In this document: piece by piece, positions 38,802 through 48,310 of the stretch | Layout: the number at the start of each line of letters is the position of its first letter | Numbering within the stretch: the stretch's first letter is position 1 | Origin: a virus | Reading direction: 5' to 3' (one strand) | DNA: 64,000 nucleotides | IMG/VR virus record: IMGVR_UViG_2802429105_000002 | Span: 1,455-65,454 of that record | Notes under the pieces: model-generated | Database searches by the model: none | What the model was told of the DNA's origin: nothing | Seen by the model: the letters and a program-made list of their open reading frames with translations, nothing else | Position numbers and translations under genes: made by a program

Positions 38802-39651
38802 TCCCCCATTCCGCCACGGCGTCGCGATGCAGCCCCTTGCCGGACTTACGTTCACGGTGCCTATTACGGTGCGGGGCAGCCGCATTTGATCGGCGCAGCT
38901 CAAGCCTGGCGCGCATACTGTCGCTAGCCATCACGCATTCAGCTCGCGCCTAGCGTCACGCACATAGCGTTTCGCGTCTTCTTGCGGACAAAGCTCGCCC
39001 TGATCTAGGTAGAAGTATCCGTGCGCCTGACAACTGTGGTTGTGATCCCAGCTACATGGGTCGTCATCAATGAGCGATTCAAGAATATCTAGGACCCGAG
39101 TTTCCGCGCCCATCAGATGCCGAGACCCAAACCTGTTAGGAATCCATTCATTTGATCGCCTCCAGCAGCTTGCACGCTGCATAGTCATGCGCCGACATAT
39201 CAACCTCACCGGCGCGCTTCACAAGCCGCATCATCTTGTCCTCCGGCAGCGTCACAAGAATCTGACGCTGCGGAGTAACCTTCGGCCTAGCCCCCGCCAT
39301 ACAGCCACCTCCACCAATCCGGATTGTTGTCCCGGTAGGCATTTCGGCCAGACCACACCGACTTCGCCGGCTCAATCTGGGGCAGGCAGCTCGTGACAGC
39401 GGCTCCCGGTTGCGTCCACTCGATGTAGGCGACGACTTGCTCGCGAGTGATTGGTTTATGCCCGTATACCAAGATCGGCCCGCCAACCTTCAATCCGACT
39501 CGCCACCGCTTCGCCCGCTCACTATCCACGGTGCCTCACCATCAACGCATCCAAATCCACATGCACACTGGAATAGTCACCCATGACCCGCAACTGCAAC
39601 GCCGTCAACGAATCGAACGGTACGTAACTGACACACGGGTGAATCCACACG

Positions 39652-39879
39652 CTAGGTGGGCAATTCGTAGTCATAGTCTTCCCAACCCAGCAGATCAGTC
39701 ACCGGCATATCTCCGATACGCTCAAGCACCGTCCGAACAATCTTGTACGCGTCCAGGCCCGCCCGAAGTTCGCCGACACCGGTATCCAACAAAAGCGCTG
39801 TCACGCCGGTTGTCAACTCCACCAACTTCTCTGGCACTGGCCCAGCAATCGGTATCGACCGTTCGTCAGGGCTACCCAC
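39652..39879 (-). CDS. Hypothetical protein
   Basis: ORF abutting the exonuclease gene. Confidence 0.5.
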   Translation of the reverse strand: MGSPDERSIPIAGPVPEKLVELTTGVTALLLDTGVGELRAGLDAYKIVRTVLERIGDMPVTDLLGWEDYDYELPT

Positions 39880-40659
39880 CTAGACCGGCCTTAGTTCCGT
39901 AGAACGCTTCGCGCGTTTACCCCGAGACGTAGACCCGCAATCCTTGCACCGATGCATCTGATACGAAAAGGCGAGCGTATTAAAGTATTTCACTCCGTCA
40001 CGCTTCAAGTTCGTAGAGTTGCACTTGGTGCAATGCAGCAAGCCATCCTCGTTGTTCTCGTACAGCGACAGGTTCAGACTCAAATACGGCAAGTGGATAT
40101 CAAACAGGCGCTCAGTCAGATTGGCGTCATGAATGTTGTACTCTTCCATCAGCTTCTCAGCCGCACGCTGCTCAGCGCGCGTACCGTGCCGAATGTCATG
40201 CCATAGATCGGTAGCACCATGGGGCACCTTGCGGTCCTTCAAGAACATGCGCGATGACCAATCGAGCTTCATGGACATCAAGCCGCCCTTGAACCACCGC
40301 TTGACCGTCTTGATCAAATCAACGGACTTGTACGGCGTCGGACGTCCCAGCCCGAGGCGAACGAACTCCGCCTCGAACCACTGCACGTCGAAACGGTCGC
40401 CGTTCCACGTCACAACAATGTCGGCCTTATTCAACAGATCCCACGCCGCGCGCATCATGCGCAAGTACGCCTCATCGTCGTTGTCGCGCCAGGCTGCTTT
40501 GAAGATCACCTTGTCATCGCCACGCCACTTCGCCGCGAAGCAGAGCACGCGGGTAGGTGTCAGCACCCTGTCAATGTGGATGAACGGGCGAAACAAGCTG
40601 AAAGTTTCAACGATGGCGCGCTGGGTCTCGATATCGAGTACCAGGATTCTAGCGGCCAT
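39880..40659 (-). CDS. DnaQ-like / RNase H-fold 3'-5' exonuclease
   Basis: LDIET, WNGDRFD, YNIHD motifs; C-terminal Zn ribbon; start ATG 40659. Confidence 0.85.
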   Translation of the reverse strand: MAARILVLDIETQRAIVETFSLFRPFIHIDRVLTPTRVLCFAAKWRGDDKVIFKAAWRDNDDEAYLRMMRAAWDLLNKADIVVTWNGDRFDVQWFEAEFVRLGLGRPTPYKSVDLIKTVKRWFKGGLMSMKLDWSSRMFLKDRKVPHGATDLWHDIRHGTRAEQRAAEKLMEEYNIHDANLTERLFDIHLPYLSLNLSLYENNEDGLLHCTKCNSTNLKRDGVKYFNTLAFSYQMHRCKDCGSTSRGKRAKRSTELRPV

Positions 40660-40918
40660 AGTGCACCGCCTTCTGCTGTGCGGCAGCGCGGTTGTCAATG
40701 GAGATAAAGGGCTTGCCTAACCGTTCAAGCTCACGCTCGATATACCACTTCGCCTTACGCAAGTCTTGAATTTCAGTGGTTGGATCTTTCTTCCCCGCGC
40801 GTGCAATGTACTTGACCGCGTTGCCACGGTTGAAGTTCAAGTTCTCGGTGATGTCGATAACCTCGGCACCGTTCGAGTAGCCATCCTTGTAATGTGACGG
40901 ATTAATCGCGTCTGACAT
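40649..40918 (-). CDS. DUF3310-family protein
   Basis: INPSHY...GNAVKYIARAGKK...DLRKAKWY. Confidence 0.85.
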   Translation of the reverse strand: MSDAINPSHYKDGYSNGAEVIDITENLNFNRGNAVKYIARAGKKDPTTEIQDLRKAKWYIERELERLGKPFISIDNRAAAQQKAVHYGR

Positions 40919-41156
40919 GCAAAATTCCCCCGACCCAGCGCAACACATCGCACAACCGGGAAACCGGGTCGATGGAACGCGGCAAGGCGTTAATCAGGTG
41001 CAGCGCCAACACAATAGGCCCCACACGAGCGGTGACCGGGCTCCGCTGCAAATAGCGGTCCCAGCCCTCACTAAGAAGTTCGTTATCCGGCGCGGCCACC
41101 TCGTAGGCGATAATCGCCGCGAGCAGCACCAGCCAAGCACTGTCCGCTGGCTTCAC
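40902..41156 (-). CDS. Small membrane protein
   Basis: N-terminal hydrophobic segment; ELLSE...DRY...HL. Confidence 0.6.
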   Translation of the reverse strand: MKPADSAWLVLLAAIIAYEVAAPDNELLSEGWDRYLQRSPVTARVGPIVLALHLINALPRSIDPVSRLCDVLRWVGGILHVRRD

Positions 41157-41496
41157 AATTCCCCCGAAAGTTAACCGCCGGCGACCCCGGCGCGCGCGGG
41201 AACATCGGGGCCACCAGCGAGGCGCAGCCAGATCCGCTACAGCGGGCGCGCCCAGTCCTTGTTGTGTTCCCGGCGAGCCGCATGCGCGCGCAGCTGCATG
41301 ACGGCTGTATCGCGACGGAACCGCATTGACTCCAACTCAGATGTGAGTTCTTGTATCTTGCGAGCGGCCTCAACATCACCAGGAAACAGATCTGCCAACG
41401 CGTCAACGATTTGTTGAGCAGTGTCCAAGTAGCCGTTGGATTGACGCACGCGGTGCAGTGCCCATTCGACGCGCTGCACTAGCCTGTCGCGGTCCG

Positions 41497-41910
41497 TCAC
41501 AACACCTCCGGCAACTCCGTCACCGTTGCGACACCGTTGCGGCAAGCCAGGCACACCCGGTTACCCGTCCCCCACGTCTGCGTGTTTTCCGGCGTGTACA
41601 GATGGTTGTTCCGGCAGCGATTCACCCGCGTCTGCACTTCCTGTTCCTCGCTGGTCCACCACTTGAGATTCACCAGCCGGTTATCGCCAGGATCGCCATT
41701 GAGCCACCGAGGCACCGCCCCATCCGGACGTGGACCAACGAACGTGGTCAACACCAGCAGATGCACCGCGTACGGGCGTCCAGCGGCTTTCACGCGCTTA
41801 CAGCCTCGTTCATCGGTCCACTCGGAAAGTTCCCTACGTGGACCCCGCACCTTGCCCTGATCGCTACATTGATAGCCAGTCAATTCGGCAATAGGAATGT
41901 CTGCCCACAT
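41497..41910 (-). CDS. HNH endonuclease-like protein (degenerate)
   Basis: YQCSDQG...VHLLV...FVGPRP...LNGDPGDNRLVNLKW; the usual first His is replaced by Trp. Confidence 0.7.
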   Translation of the reverse strand: MWADIPIAELTGYQCSDQGKVRGPRRELSEWTDERGCKRVKAAGRPYAVHLLVLTTFVGPRPDGAVPRWLNGDPGDNRLVNLKWWTSEEQEVQTRVNRCRNNHLYTPENTQTWGTGNRVCLACRNGVATVTELPEVL

Positions 41911-42116
41911 GTGGATAGAATTTTCCCCTCTTTTATGTTAGCGCGCTTACAAGTTCCCTAGCTTCTGAGCGATCAGATCAAGCGAACGCGCAATTTCCAT
42001 CAGCACGACGAGCTTTTGCGCATCCACGCGCCACTGCTCATTCACTAAGGTCACGTTGTTCCTGTAGGTGTCGCTGCTATCGACCCCTACTCGAAAGATC
42101 TTCTTCTTGTCCATCA

Positions 42117-42464
42117 CTAACCCCCTCTGTTCGCGTTGTAAGTCAGCACGTCCCCGAGCCGAAACAGCGTCCGGCCATTGGCTGCCTTATGTTGCCGAAT
42201 CCGCTCCGGATGACGGCGCGCCCAATCCCGCACATTCCACACCGAGATACCGAAACGCTCTGCAATATCTCCGGCAGACATCATGGCGTTGACATCGACA
42301 ATTGAGTTGTCCGAAATCCACGGTTGCCCGTAGTCGGCCATCAATTTATCGAGTGCCAAGCACTGGTCTAGGTCTGCTTCTGCGAGAGCGTTTCGGTAGT
42401 GGTCGATTATGCGTCGGTATCGGTCATCCTTGGTGTCATCCGGCCACGGCCATTTACCCGCCAC
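42117..42464 (-). CDS. HTH DNA-binding protein
   Basis: AGDIAERFGISVWNVRDWARR; start re-called at GTG 42464. Confidence 0.65.
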   Translation of the reverse strand: MAGKWPWPDDTKDDRYRRIIDHYRNALAEADLDQCLALDKLMADYGQPWISDNSIVDVNAMMSAGDIAERFGISVWNVRDWARRHPERIRQHKAANGRTLFRLGDVLTYNANRGG

Positions 42465-42534
42465 TAATCCATCAGCAGCAGGCCGACGCCCAACGCGCCG
42501 AGCACCAAAACCAGCAGGAACACGCACGCGCCCA

Positions 42535-42942
42535 TCAGGAACCCCCGCCGTAACGCTGAGTCCACGACGCAATCTCAGGTGCGCTCTCCGGCGTGACCGT
42601 CTTGTAGGCCGGCGCAGCACCATCGGTATCAATCAGCAGCCACTTGCCCGGCGCGTACGCGAACGCGTACTTCGTGCCGGACTGGCGCAGCGTGCCCACC
42701 GGATTGCCGGAACGAACCGCGTTGATTGCCTCCACAATCGCCGCCACAAGCCCCGCCGTCGTCTGCCCACGACTGACACTGGCCGCTTTCTCGGCAGCCT
42801 TACGCTCAACCTCAGATAGCCTCAACGCCGCCTTGGCTAACGCACCCGGCGCGAGCTTCGCCCCCGAGCCGCTGGCCAGCTTCAATGCGCCCACCGAATC
42901 GAGCACCCGGCCACCGGAATAGTTGTACCCCTGATAAGACAT
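42535..42942 (-). CDS. Hypothetical protein
   Basis: ORF behind AAGGGGG. Confidence 0.6.
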   Translation of the reverse strand: MSYQGYNYSGGRVLDSVGALKLASGSGAKLAPGALAKAALRLSEVERKAAEKAASVSRGQTTAGLVAAIVEAINAVRSGNPVGTLRQSGTKYAFAYAPGKWLLIDTDGAAPAYKTVTPESAPEIASWTQRYGGGS

Positions 42943-43091
42943 TCATTCCCCCTTGGTTAGACGCGCGTCCGCCGCAACGTCTTTCGCTTGCAACAGTTCC
43001 GCGACCGTCAGAGGCCGACCGACAACCTCACGTCGCCGGTACAGCTCCCGATACCACCCCAAAACCTCAGCCACGTAAGCCAGATAGCCCA

Positions 43092-44402
43092 TTACGCGGC
43101 AGCCTCCATATCCAGCTCGCCTCTATCGAGCGCCTTGGTCTCGTGCTCGAAGAACAGCGGAGACTTGGCCTTGTAGATGCGCGGCACCTGACCCTCAATG
43201 CGGACACACACGCCCTCGTCCACCGACGTTGGATTCGACAGCGGAACAGGCGCATCCGGATAGCTTTGCCCGAACTCGGCGTTCGCGTTCTCAGCGGCAT
43301 AGTTCACGTCCAGGAACATGTCGGTGTACAGCTCGATCAGGTCCTCGTCGTCAACCTTGTCACGCAGATGAACCTTGCCCTCCATCAGAGTGGGGACAAC
43401 CTTCACCCCGATAGAGGCTGCGAAGTCCTTCACGCCCTGCCACGACAAGTCAGCGATGACGCCTTGGCCGTTGACCGTGGCCACACGGTAGACGTACAGC
43501 TCGAACTCTCCCGGCTTCACGTTGTACGTGTAGCCCTTCTGGATTGGTGAGTGCGTGTCGGCCCAACCCACCAGTTCCCCGTAGACGATGAAGTTCTCCG
43601 GAATCCGGCCCTGGATCTTCTTGCCGAACTGCGTCCACAGGTCACTGTCGTAGAAGTGGTTGTTATCCGAGCGTCCCTTGATCACACGCCGGGAACCAAA
43701 CACGTCCTCGTACTTGGCCTCTGGCGTCGGGATGCGCAGCCACTTATTGACCATGACTCGCTCAAGCCAGCTCTTATCGCGCTGCGCCAGGACGCGGCCA
43801 CCGCGCCAGCTCGTGCCGTGCAACTTCTGCGTCACGATGACGTGCTTCGGTTCACGGAATACCTGTAGGTTCCGGAACAGGTGCTCAGTATCCAAATGCA
43901 TCGGGAATAGCTTCTGGTCAACACGCTGCCGGATCTTCGGCGTCGTGCGCGGCCCCGCTCCCGCCTTGGTCGGCACCTCGTACTTACGGCAGATCGTATG
44001 CCCGTTCAACGTGTCGAACGTGTCCCCCACCGAGAGGGTGCGAACATCAATGCCGGTGTACACCAACGACTCAAGAGGCATCAGCAGTGCGTTCGAGGTG
44101 TTCTTGCGCAACCGGATCGCGCGGATACGTGCGTTCATTTCCAGATAGCCGGTCTCGTTGGCATCCTTGTTCAAGGTTGCCTCACGGAACAGGTTGTTCT
44201 CGCGCGCATACTCGGCGTCGAGCTGCGTTTCGGCAGTGAACAACACCCTGAGGTCACCGGCCTTTGCGCCGGCCTTCTGCGTAAGTGCCTGGTATCCGAA
44301 CAACGGTACCGCTACCAGGTTGTCCAGCCCGACCACCGACAGTGGTTCGGGAATCTGGACAATCGTCGCAGCGTAATTTGCATTATCTGGTGGCTCAATC
44401 AT
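43092..44402 (-). CDS. RNA ligase (Rnl2-like nucleotidyltransferase with N-terminal extension)
   Basis: QKLHGTS motif I, YGELVG, DEGVCVR, YKAKS. Confidence 0.85.
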   Translation of the reverse strand: MIEPPDNANYAATIVQIPEPLSVVGLDNLVAVPLFGYQALTQKAGAKAGDLRVLFTAETQLDAEYARENNLFREATLNKDANETGYLEMNARIRAIRLRKNTSNALLMPLESLVYTGIDVRTLSVGDTFDTLNGHTICRKYEVPTKAGAGPRTTPKIRQRVDQKLFPMHLDTEHLFRNLQVFREPKHVIVTQKLHGTSWRGGRVLAQRDKSWLERVMVNKWLRIPTPEAKYEDVFGSRRVIKGRSDNNHFYDSDLWTQFGKKIQGRIPENFIVYGELVGWADTHSPIQKGYTYNVKPGEFELYVYRVATVNGQGVIADLSWQGVKDFAASIGVKVVPTLMEGKVHLRDKVDDEDLIELYTDMFLDVNYAAENANAEFGQSYPDAPVPLSNPTSVDEGVCVRIEGQVPRIYKAKSPLFFEHETKALDRGELDMEAAA

Positions 44403-44721
44403 TGCTTAGCTTTCTGATCTTGACCGCTTCGCCGGATGCCACGGTGATCACCAATTTCGGGTCATCGTTACGGCCCTGCCGGGTCGTGCGGATAGTCCAG
44501 CTGTCCGCGCCAATATCGGTTGCGGTACCGACGTATATCTCCCAGCCCTCATTGCCGAAATTCGTGTTTATAAGGAGCTGGCGTGCCCGTCCAGGGCCAC
44601 TGCGCGCTGTCACCAGGAACCGGGCCGGTTCGTAGACGTTGTACTCAGCGGTTACCACGCCGTCGAACTCCACCAGATCATCGGATGCGCCATAGACATT
44701 CAGATCTGGCATCAGTCCCAC
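44395..44721 (-). CDS. Hypothetical protein
   Basis: VYGASDDLVEFDG motif. Confidence 0.6.
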   Translation of the reverse strand: MGLMPDLNVYGASDDLVEFDGVVTAEYNVYEPARFLVTARSGPGRARQLLINTNFGNEGWEIYVGTATDIGADSWTIRTTRQGRNDDPKLVITVASGEAVKIRKLSND

Positions 44722-44869
44722 TCCACCCTCAACTGATAGTCGCTGTGACAGTTGTTATCGATGAACTCGCGCATCGCCGTAAGGTCACCATCAGCCTCGA
44801 ACCGGCGAAGCTGGTCCAACAGCTCCGGACGTATCCGCTCCAGGCTGAAACGCGCATGAATCCGCGCCA

Positions 44870-45259
44870 TCAGAACGGCGCTTCATCAGAGGCGCTGGAA
44901 CTCCAGCCGTCGTCCTGGCGCTGCTTGCGGGCGCGCACCGATTTGCCCACGAAATCGGCCTCGACCTCGAACGCGGTCCGGGTCTCGCCGTCCTTGTCGT
45001 ACTTGCGCTGCTTCAACTTGCCGACCACGATCACCTGGTCGCCCTTGCGTAGCTCGTTTGTCGCGCCCTCGGCCAACTCCCGCCACACCTGCGCCCGTAA
45101 GAAGGTCGTCTCGCCGTCCTTCCACTCCTGGGCCTGCTTGTCGTACAGGCGCGGAGTAGAAGCCACCGAGAACTGGGCTACCGACACACCGTTGGGTGTC
45201 TGGCGCAGTTCGGGATCAGCGGTCAAGTTACCGATCTGGTAGATGGTTGCGTCTGGCAT
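44870..45259 (-). CDS. ssb: Single-stranded DNA-binding protein
   Basis: GNLTADPELR...acidic DEAPF tail; start ATG 45259. Confidence 0.92.
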   Translation of the reverse strand: MPDATIYQIGNLTADPELRQTPNGVSVAQFSVASTPRLYDKQAQEWKDGETTFLRAQVWRELAEGATNELRKGDQVIVVGKLKQRKYDKDGETRTAFEVEADFVGKSVRARKQRQDDGWSSSASDEAPF

Positions 45260-45876
45260 TACTTCTTCTTTCTTTCCGCTTTGATGACGCAATACCCCTC
45301 GTAGTCAGATTGCGTCAAAGTTGTTGCACACTCAGAATTGGTGCAATAAATCGTTCCCGACCCGACCCACGTCCCCAACGTGGGTAGATCGCATTCCGGG
45401 CATGGCGCTTTCCGCCGCTCCCACACCTTCCCCAGACCAACAATCGCGTCGGCCTGCGCATGCACTCGACGGACATCAATCGCCCGCACCACGCCCGTCA
45501 GATACACCTCACGCAACCCCAGCGGCGAGCCCACCGTGAACTTCTCGGCAGGGCGCGAAACCAAGTCCCTGATAAGGGCATTCGGCCCACCCGCTAGCGA
45601 AACCACCGCATCTATCGAGTCGATCAGGTCCGCGACCTTCACGTTGTACGGCGTGGACGGCTCAGCTGTCATGTTCACCTTGGACTGCAACGCAGTCTTG
45701 GGTGTCGAACCCAGGAACACGCGCAGCGCATCACGGTAGGTCGGTAGCTCGTCCAGGCAGCGTTGAATGTCTCGAATACAGCCGTTGCACAACGCCTCTG
45801 GCTTGGCAGTAACAGCCGGCCCGGTGCTCGTACGCGATACGCACCCATTCTTGGAGTAGCAATAGTGCTCGGTCAT
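45259..45876 (-). CDS. Zn-binding hypothetical protein
   Basis: Several CxxC pairs. Confidence 0.65.
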   Translation of the reverse strand: MTEHYCYSKNGCVSRTSTGPAVTAKPEALCNGCIRDIQRCLDELPTYRDALRVFLGSTPKTALQSKVNMTAEPSTPYNVKVADLIDSIDAVVSLAGGPNALIRDLVSRPAEKFTVGSPLGLREVYLTGVVRAIDVRRVHAQADAIVGLGKVWERRKAPCPECDLPTLGTWVGSGTIYCTNSECATTLTQSDYEGYCVIKAERKKK

Positions 45877-45888
45877 GCGACTTGGAAC

Positions 45889-46389
45889 CTATCCATTGGC
45901 AACCCTTTTCGCTGCCCGCGCAGCACGTTTGGACCTGTTCGTTGCTTCGTTGAAGCAACCCCGGCACCGCACACCGCCAGCGGCCAGTGTGACCACGTTG
46001 TACCCGGCCATTTCGTGGGTCCCGTTGCGGCACAACTTCACCCCGCCGGCCTCGTCGGCCCGCAACCGCTCGCGCTCCAACTCCGTGACTCCACCCCACA
46101 CACCAGACATACGTTCGTTGTGTCGGCGCTCCCAGTTCATCGCATAGTCAAGGCACGCTTGCTTTTCCGGGCATCTGGCGCAGATCAGCTTGGCTTTGGC
46201 TCCGCTGGACTGCGCTTTCGGATGAAAGTCAGCCAGCGGCTCGTATCCCTTGCACACGGCCTGAGGCAGGTTGGGAATGTCCAGCGCAGGAATCATCCGT
46301 TTCCGATGCCCGAGGTTGATGCCTGAGACGGACGTGCCCAAGACATTCAACCCGGAAAAGAAGCTCTCCAGTGGATCGAACATGACCAT
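45889..46389 (-). CDS. whiB: WhiB-family transcription factor
   Basis: AKLICARCPEKQACLDYA...GVWGG. Confidence 0.85.
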   Translation of the reverse strand: MVMFDPLESFFSGLNVLGTSVSGINLGHRKRMIPALDIPNLPQAVCKGYEPLADFHPKAQSSGAKAKLICARCPEKQACLDYAMNWERRHNERMSGVWGGVTELERERLRADEAGGVKLCRNGTHEMAGYNVVTLAAGGVRCRGCFNEATNRSKRAARAAKRVANG

Positions 46390-46402
46390 CTATGCCGCCG
46401 CC

Positions 46403-46807
46403 CTATCCAGCTGGCATAGCGCGCCTTCGCGCCAGTTCCGTTGCATTTTCAATTACCTTTATCTCGATACGCGGTTGCTTTGGTTGCGTGTTATCTATGG
46501 ACATGCGAACTTCGGTTACCCAGTTCGCGTCGTCGCCAGGCCAGACACCGGCATCGACCATTCCGTCGAGCGCGGCTTTCGTGAACGGCCCGAGTGAATC
46601 AACGTCTCGTTTCCGTTTGTCCGGTACGAACCATTTGACGGATACGATTGACGGCCCCAGCCCCCGAATGCGCGCAGTGCGGGCCAGCGTCGCAACAAGC
46701 ACTCCCACTTGGTGTTTGGCTGCCCGGACTTGCGGCCATGTCCACCGGCGCTGGTCGTTGGCCAGCATGGGTGGTCGTTTGAGGGGCACCGTGATGTGGT
46801 GCTCCAA
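46403..46807 (-). CDS. rusA: RusA-like Holliday junction resolvase
   Basis: RKRDVDS...KAALDGMVDAGVWPGDD. Confidence 0.85.
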   Translation of the reverse strand: MEHHITVPLKRPPMLANDQRRWTWPQVRAAKHQVGVLVATLARTARIRGLGPSIVSVKWFVPDKRKRDVDSLGPFTKAALDGMVDAGVWPGDDANWVTEVRMSIDNTQPKQPRIEIKVIENATELARRRAMPAG

Positions 46808-46980
46808 TGTCCCCCGATTGCGCGTCTAGCTCAGCAACGAAATGCTGAACTTGTTCCCGTCGAATGTTCGGCGGATGAACCTTCCACGGCTCCAGAAGAC
46901 GACATGGCTTTGGCATTGCCAGGGAGGTCTCTGGAGCATCGTGGCAATCACCTTGTCTCTATCGTGCTTAGACATAGCGC

Positions 46981-47184
46981 CTACTCTCCGTACTTGCGAA
47001 GCAACGTGTTGAGCCGTTCATACGGGCCGGCAGCCGCTTGCCTGAACTCCTTGACCGCCGTTTTCAGCTCCGGATCGGATTCGTCTAAGTCCTCTTCATC
47101 CAATCCGTATTCGAGGATGGCCTCGGCTAGACCACCTTCCCAATCAACCTTCATTGCGAACTCACTCGGCGTGTAATCGCCCAT
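46981..47184 (-). CDS. Hypothetical protein
   Basis: Acidic 67 aa ORF with stop/start overlap. Confidence 0.55.
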   Translation of the reverse strand: MGDYTPSEFAMKVDWEGGLAEAILEYGLDEEDLDESDPELKTAVKEFRQAAAGPYERLNTLLRKYGE

Positions 47185-47371
47185 CAGAACACCCGTTTCC
47201 CGAGTTCGATGATCACGGTCTGCGACTGGTCGCGGCTGTCCGAACGCGTGATCACCCGGTCTGTTGGACCCAGACCATGGACAGTCAACGTCTTGGTCCT
47301 GCGGTCGTAGGTGATACCGGCGTCACCGTCCAGGCTGATTGCCATGCCGTCCCCGGTGATACTTACTGCCA

Positions 47372-48310
47372 TCAGAAGTCCCCCGGCTGTACCTGCAAGC
47401 ACTTCAATCCCAGTGCCCGCCAAAGGTTCACCACCTGGTCACGGTCATCCAGGACGAAACGCACGTTGTACTTGCCTCGGACGTTCTGATTGAACAGGTC
47501 GTACTTCACCCGGTAGTCAGGCAGCTTGTTGCCCTGGTCGTCCTTAGCGCCGGTAGGTCGCATGTGAAGCTCGTCAAATGGAATGCCGTTGTTGTCCAGC
47601 CACTTCACCGTTTCATCACGGCAATCATCGTCTCGGCCAGACACGATAAGCACCCTCGTCCGATACCCGCCCGTCGTAACCCGCAAGTCGAAGATCCGGT
47701 TCACTAGCCAACGCACATGTTCGTCCACGGTATCGGTGTGGACCTGCGTGTAGTCGTACGGCGACCGTCCCGTCATGTGGGCAACCGTGCCGTCGATGTC
47801 CACAATGATTGCCTCCGGCAAGCCTTCGATCCATTCGACCGGCTCAGGTGTGAAAGATTCCAGCTGAGTCACCTTGGGCCAGTTCTTGATCGGGTGACGC
47901 TTGGCCATCCGACCAATCACGTCAGGCCCCACGTAACGATCACCGCGAACTTGGCGCAGCAGATCGTTAGCGGCACACTTAAGTGGACCCGTGACGATGT
48001 CCACGACCTCGAAGTCGGCCCCGTACTGTGCGGCCATCTTCTGCCACTTGCGCAACCAGCGTGACTCCAAGTGCGTGGCGTCCACGACCACCGACGTACC
48101 CGAGGCGAGCAGCGCGTGAACCTGTGCGCGCTCAGCGGTGCTCACCTGGTCTTCACACTCGTCCTTGCCGCTGTGGTAGTTGTCGTGCAGCATCTTGCGC
48201 AGGTCATCGCGACACACGCGGACAGCTCCGGTCGCGGCGGCAATCTGCTTGGCCTTAAGCGACTTCCCCGCGCCCGGATATCCGCGCATTGCGGTCAACT
48301 TCACTGGCAT
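47372..48310 (-). CDS. pnk: Polynucleotide 5'-kinase / 3'-phosphatase (T4 Pnkp-like)
   Basis: GYPGAGKS P-loop, RDDLR, DIDGT HAD motif, SGR, DDR. Confidence 0.92.
   Translation of the reverse strand: MPVKLTAMRGYPGAGKSLKAKQIAAATGAVRVCRDDLRKMLHDNYHSGKDECEDQVSTAERAQVHALLASGTSVVVDATHLESRWLRKWQKMAAQYGADFEVVDIVTGPLKCAANDLLRQVRGDRYVGPDVIGRMAKRHPIKNWPKVTQLESFTPEPVEWIEGLPEAIIVDIDGTVAHMTGRSPYDYTQVHTDTVDEHVRWLVNRIFDLRVTTGGYRTRVLIVSGRDDDCRDETVKWLDNNGIPFDELHMRPTGAKDDQGNKLPDYRVKYDLFNQNVRGKYNVRFVLDDRDQVVNLWRALGLKCLQVQPGDF

Noticed and set aside
48255..48310. Frameshift or pseudogene at the end of the NAMPT-like gene (56-nt overlap with pnk)
   Set aside because: All catalytic motifs lie upstream; the overlap is a short C-terminal extension.
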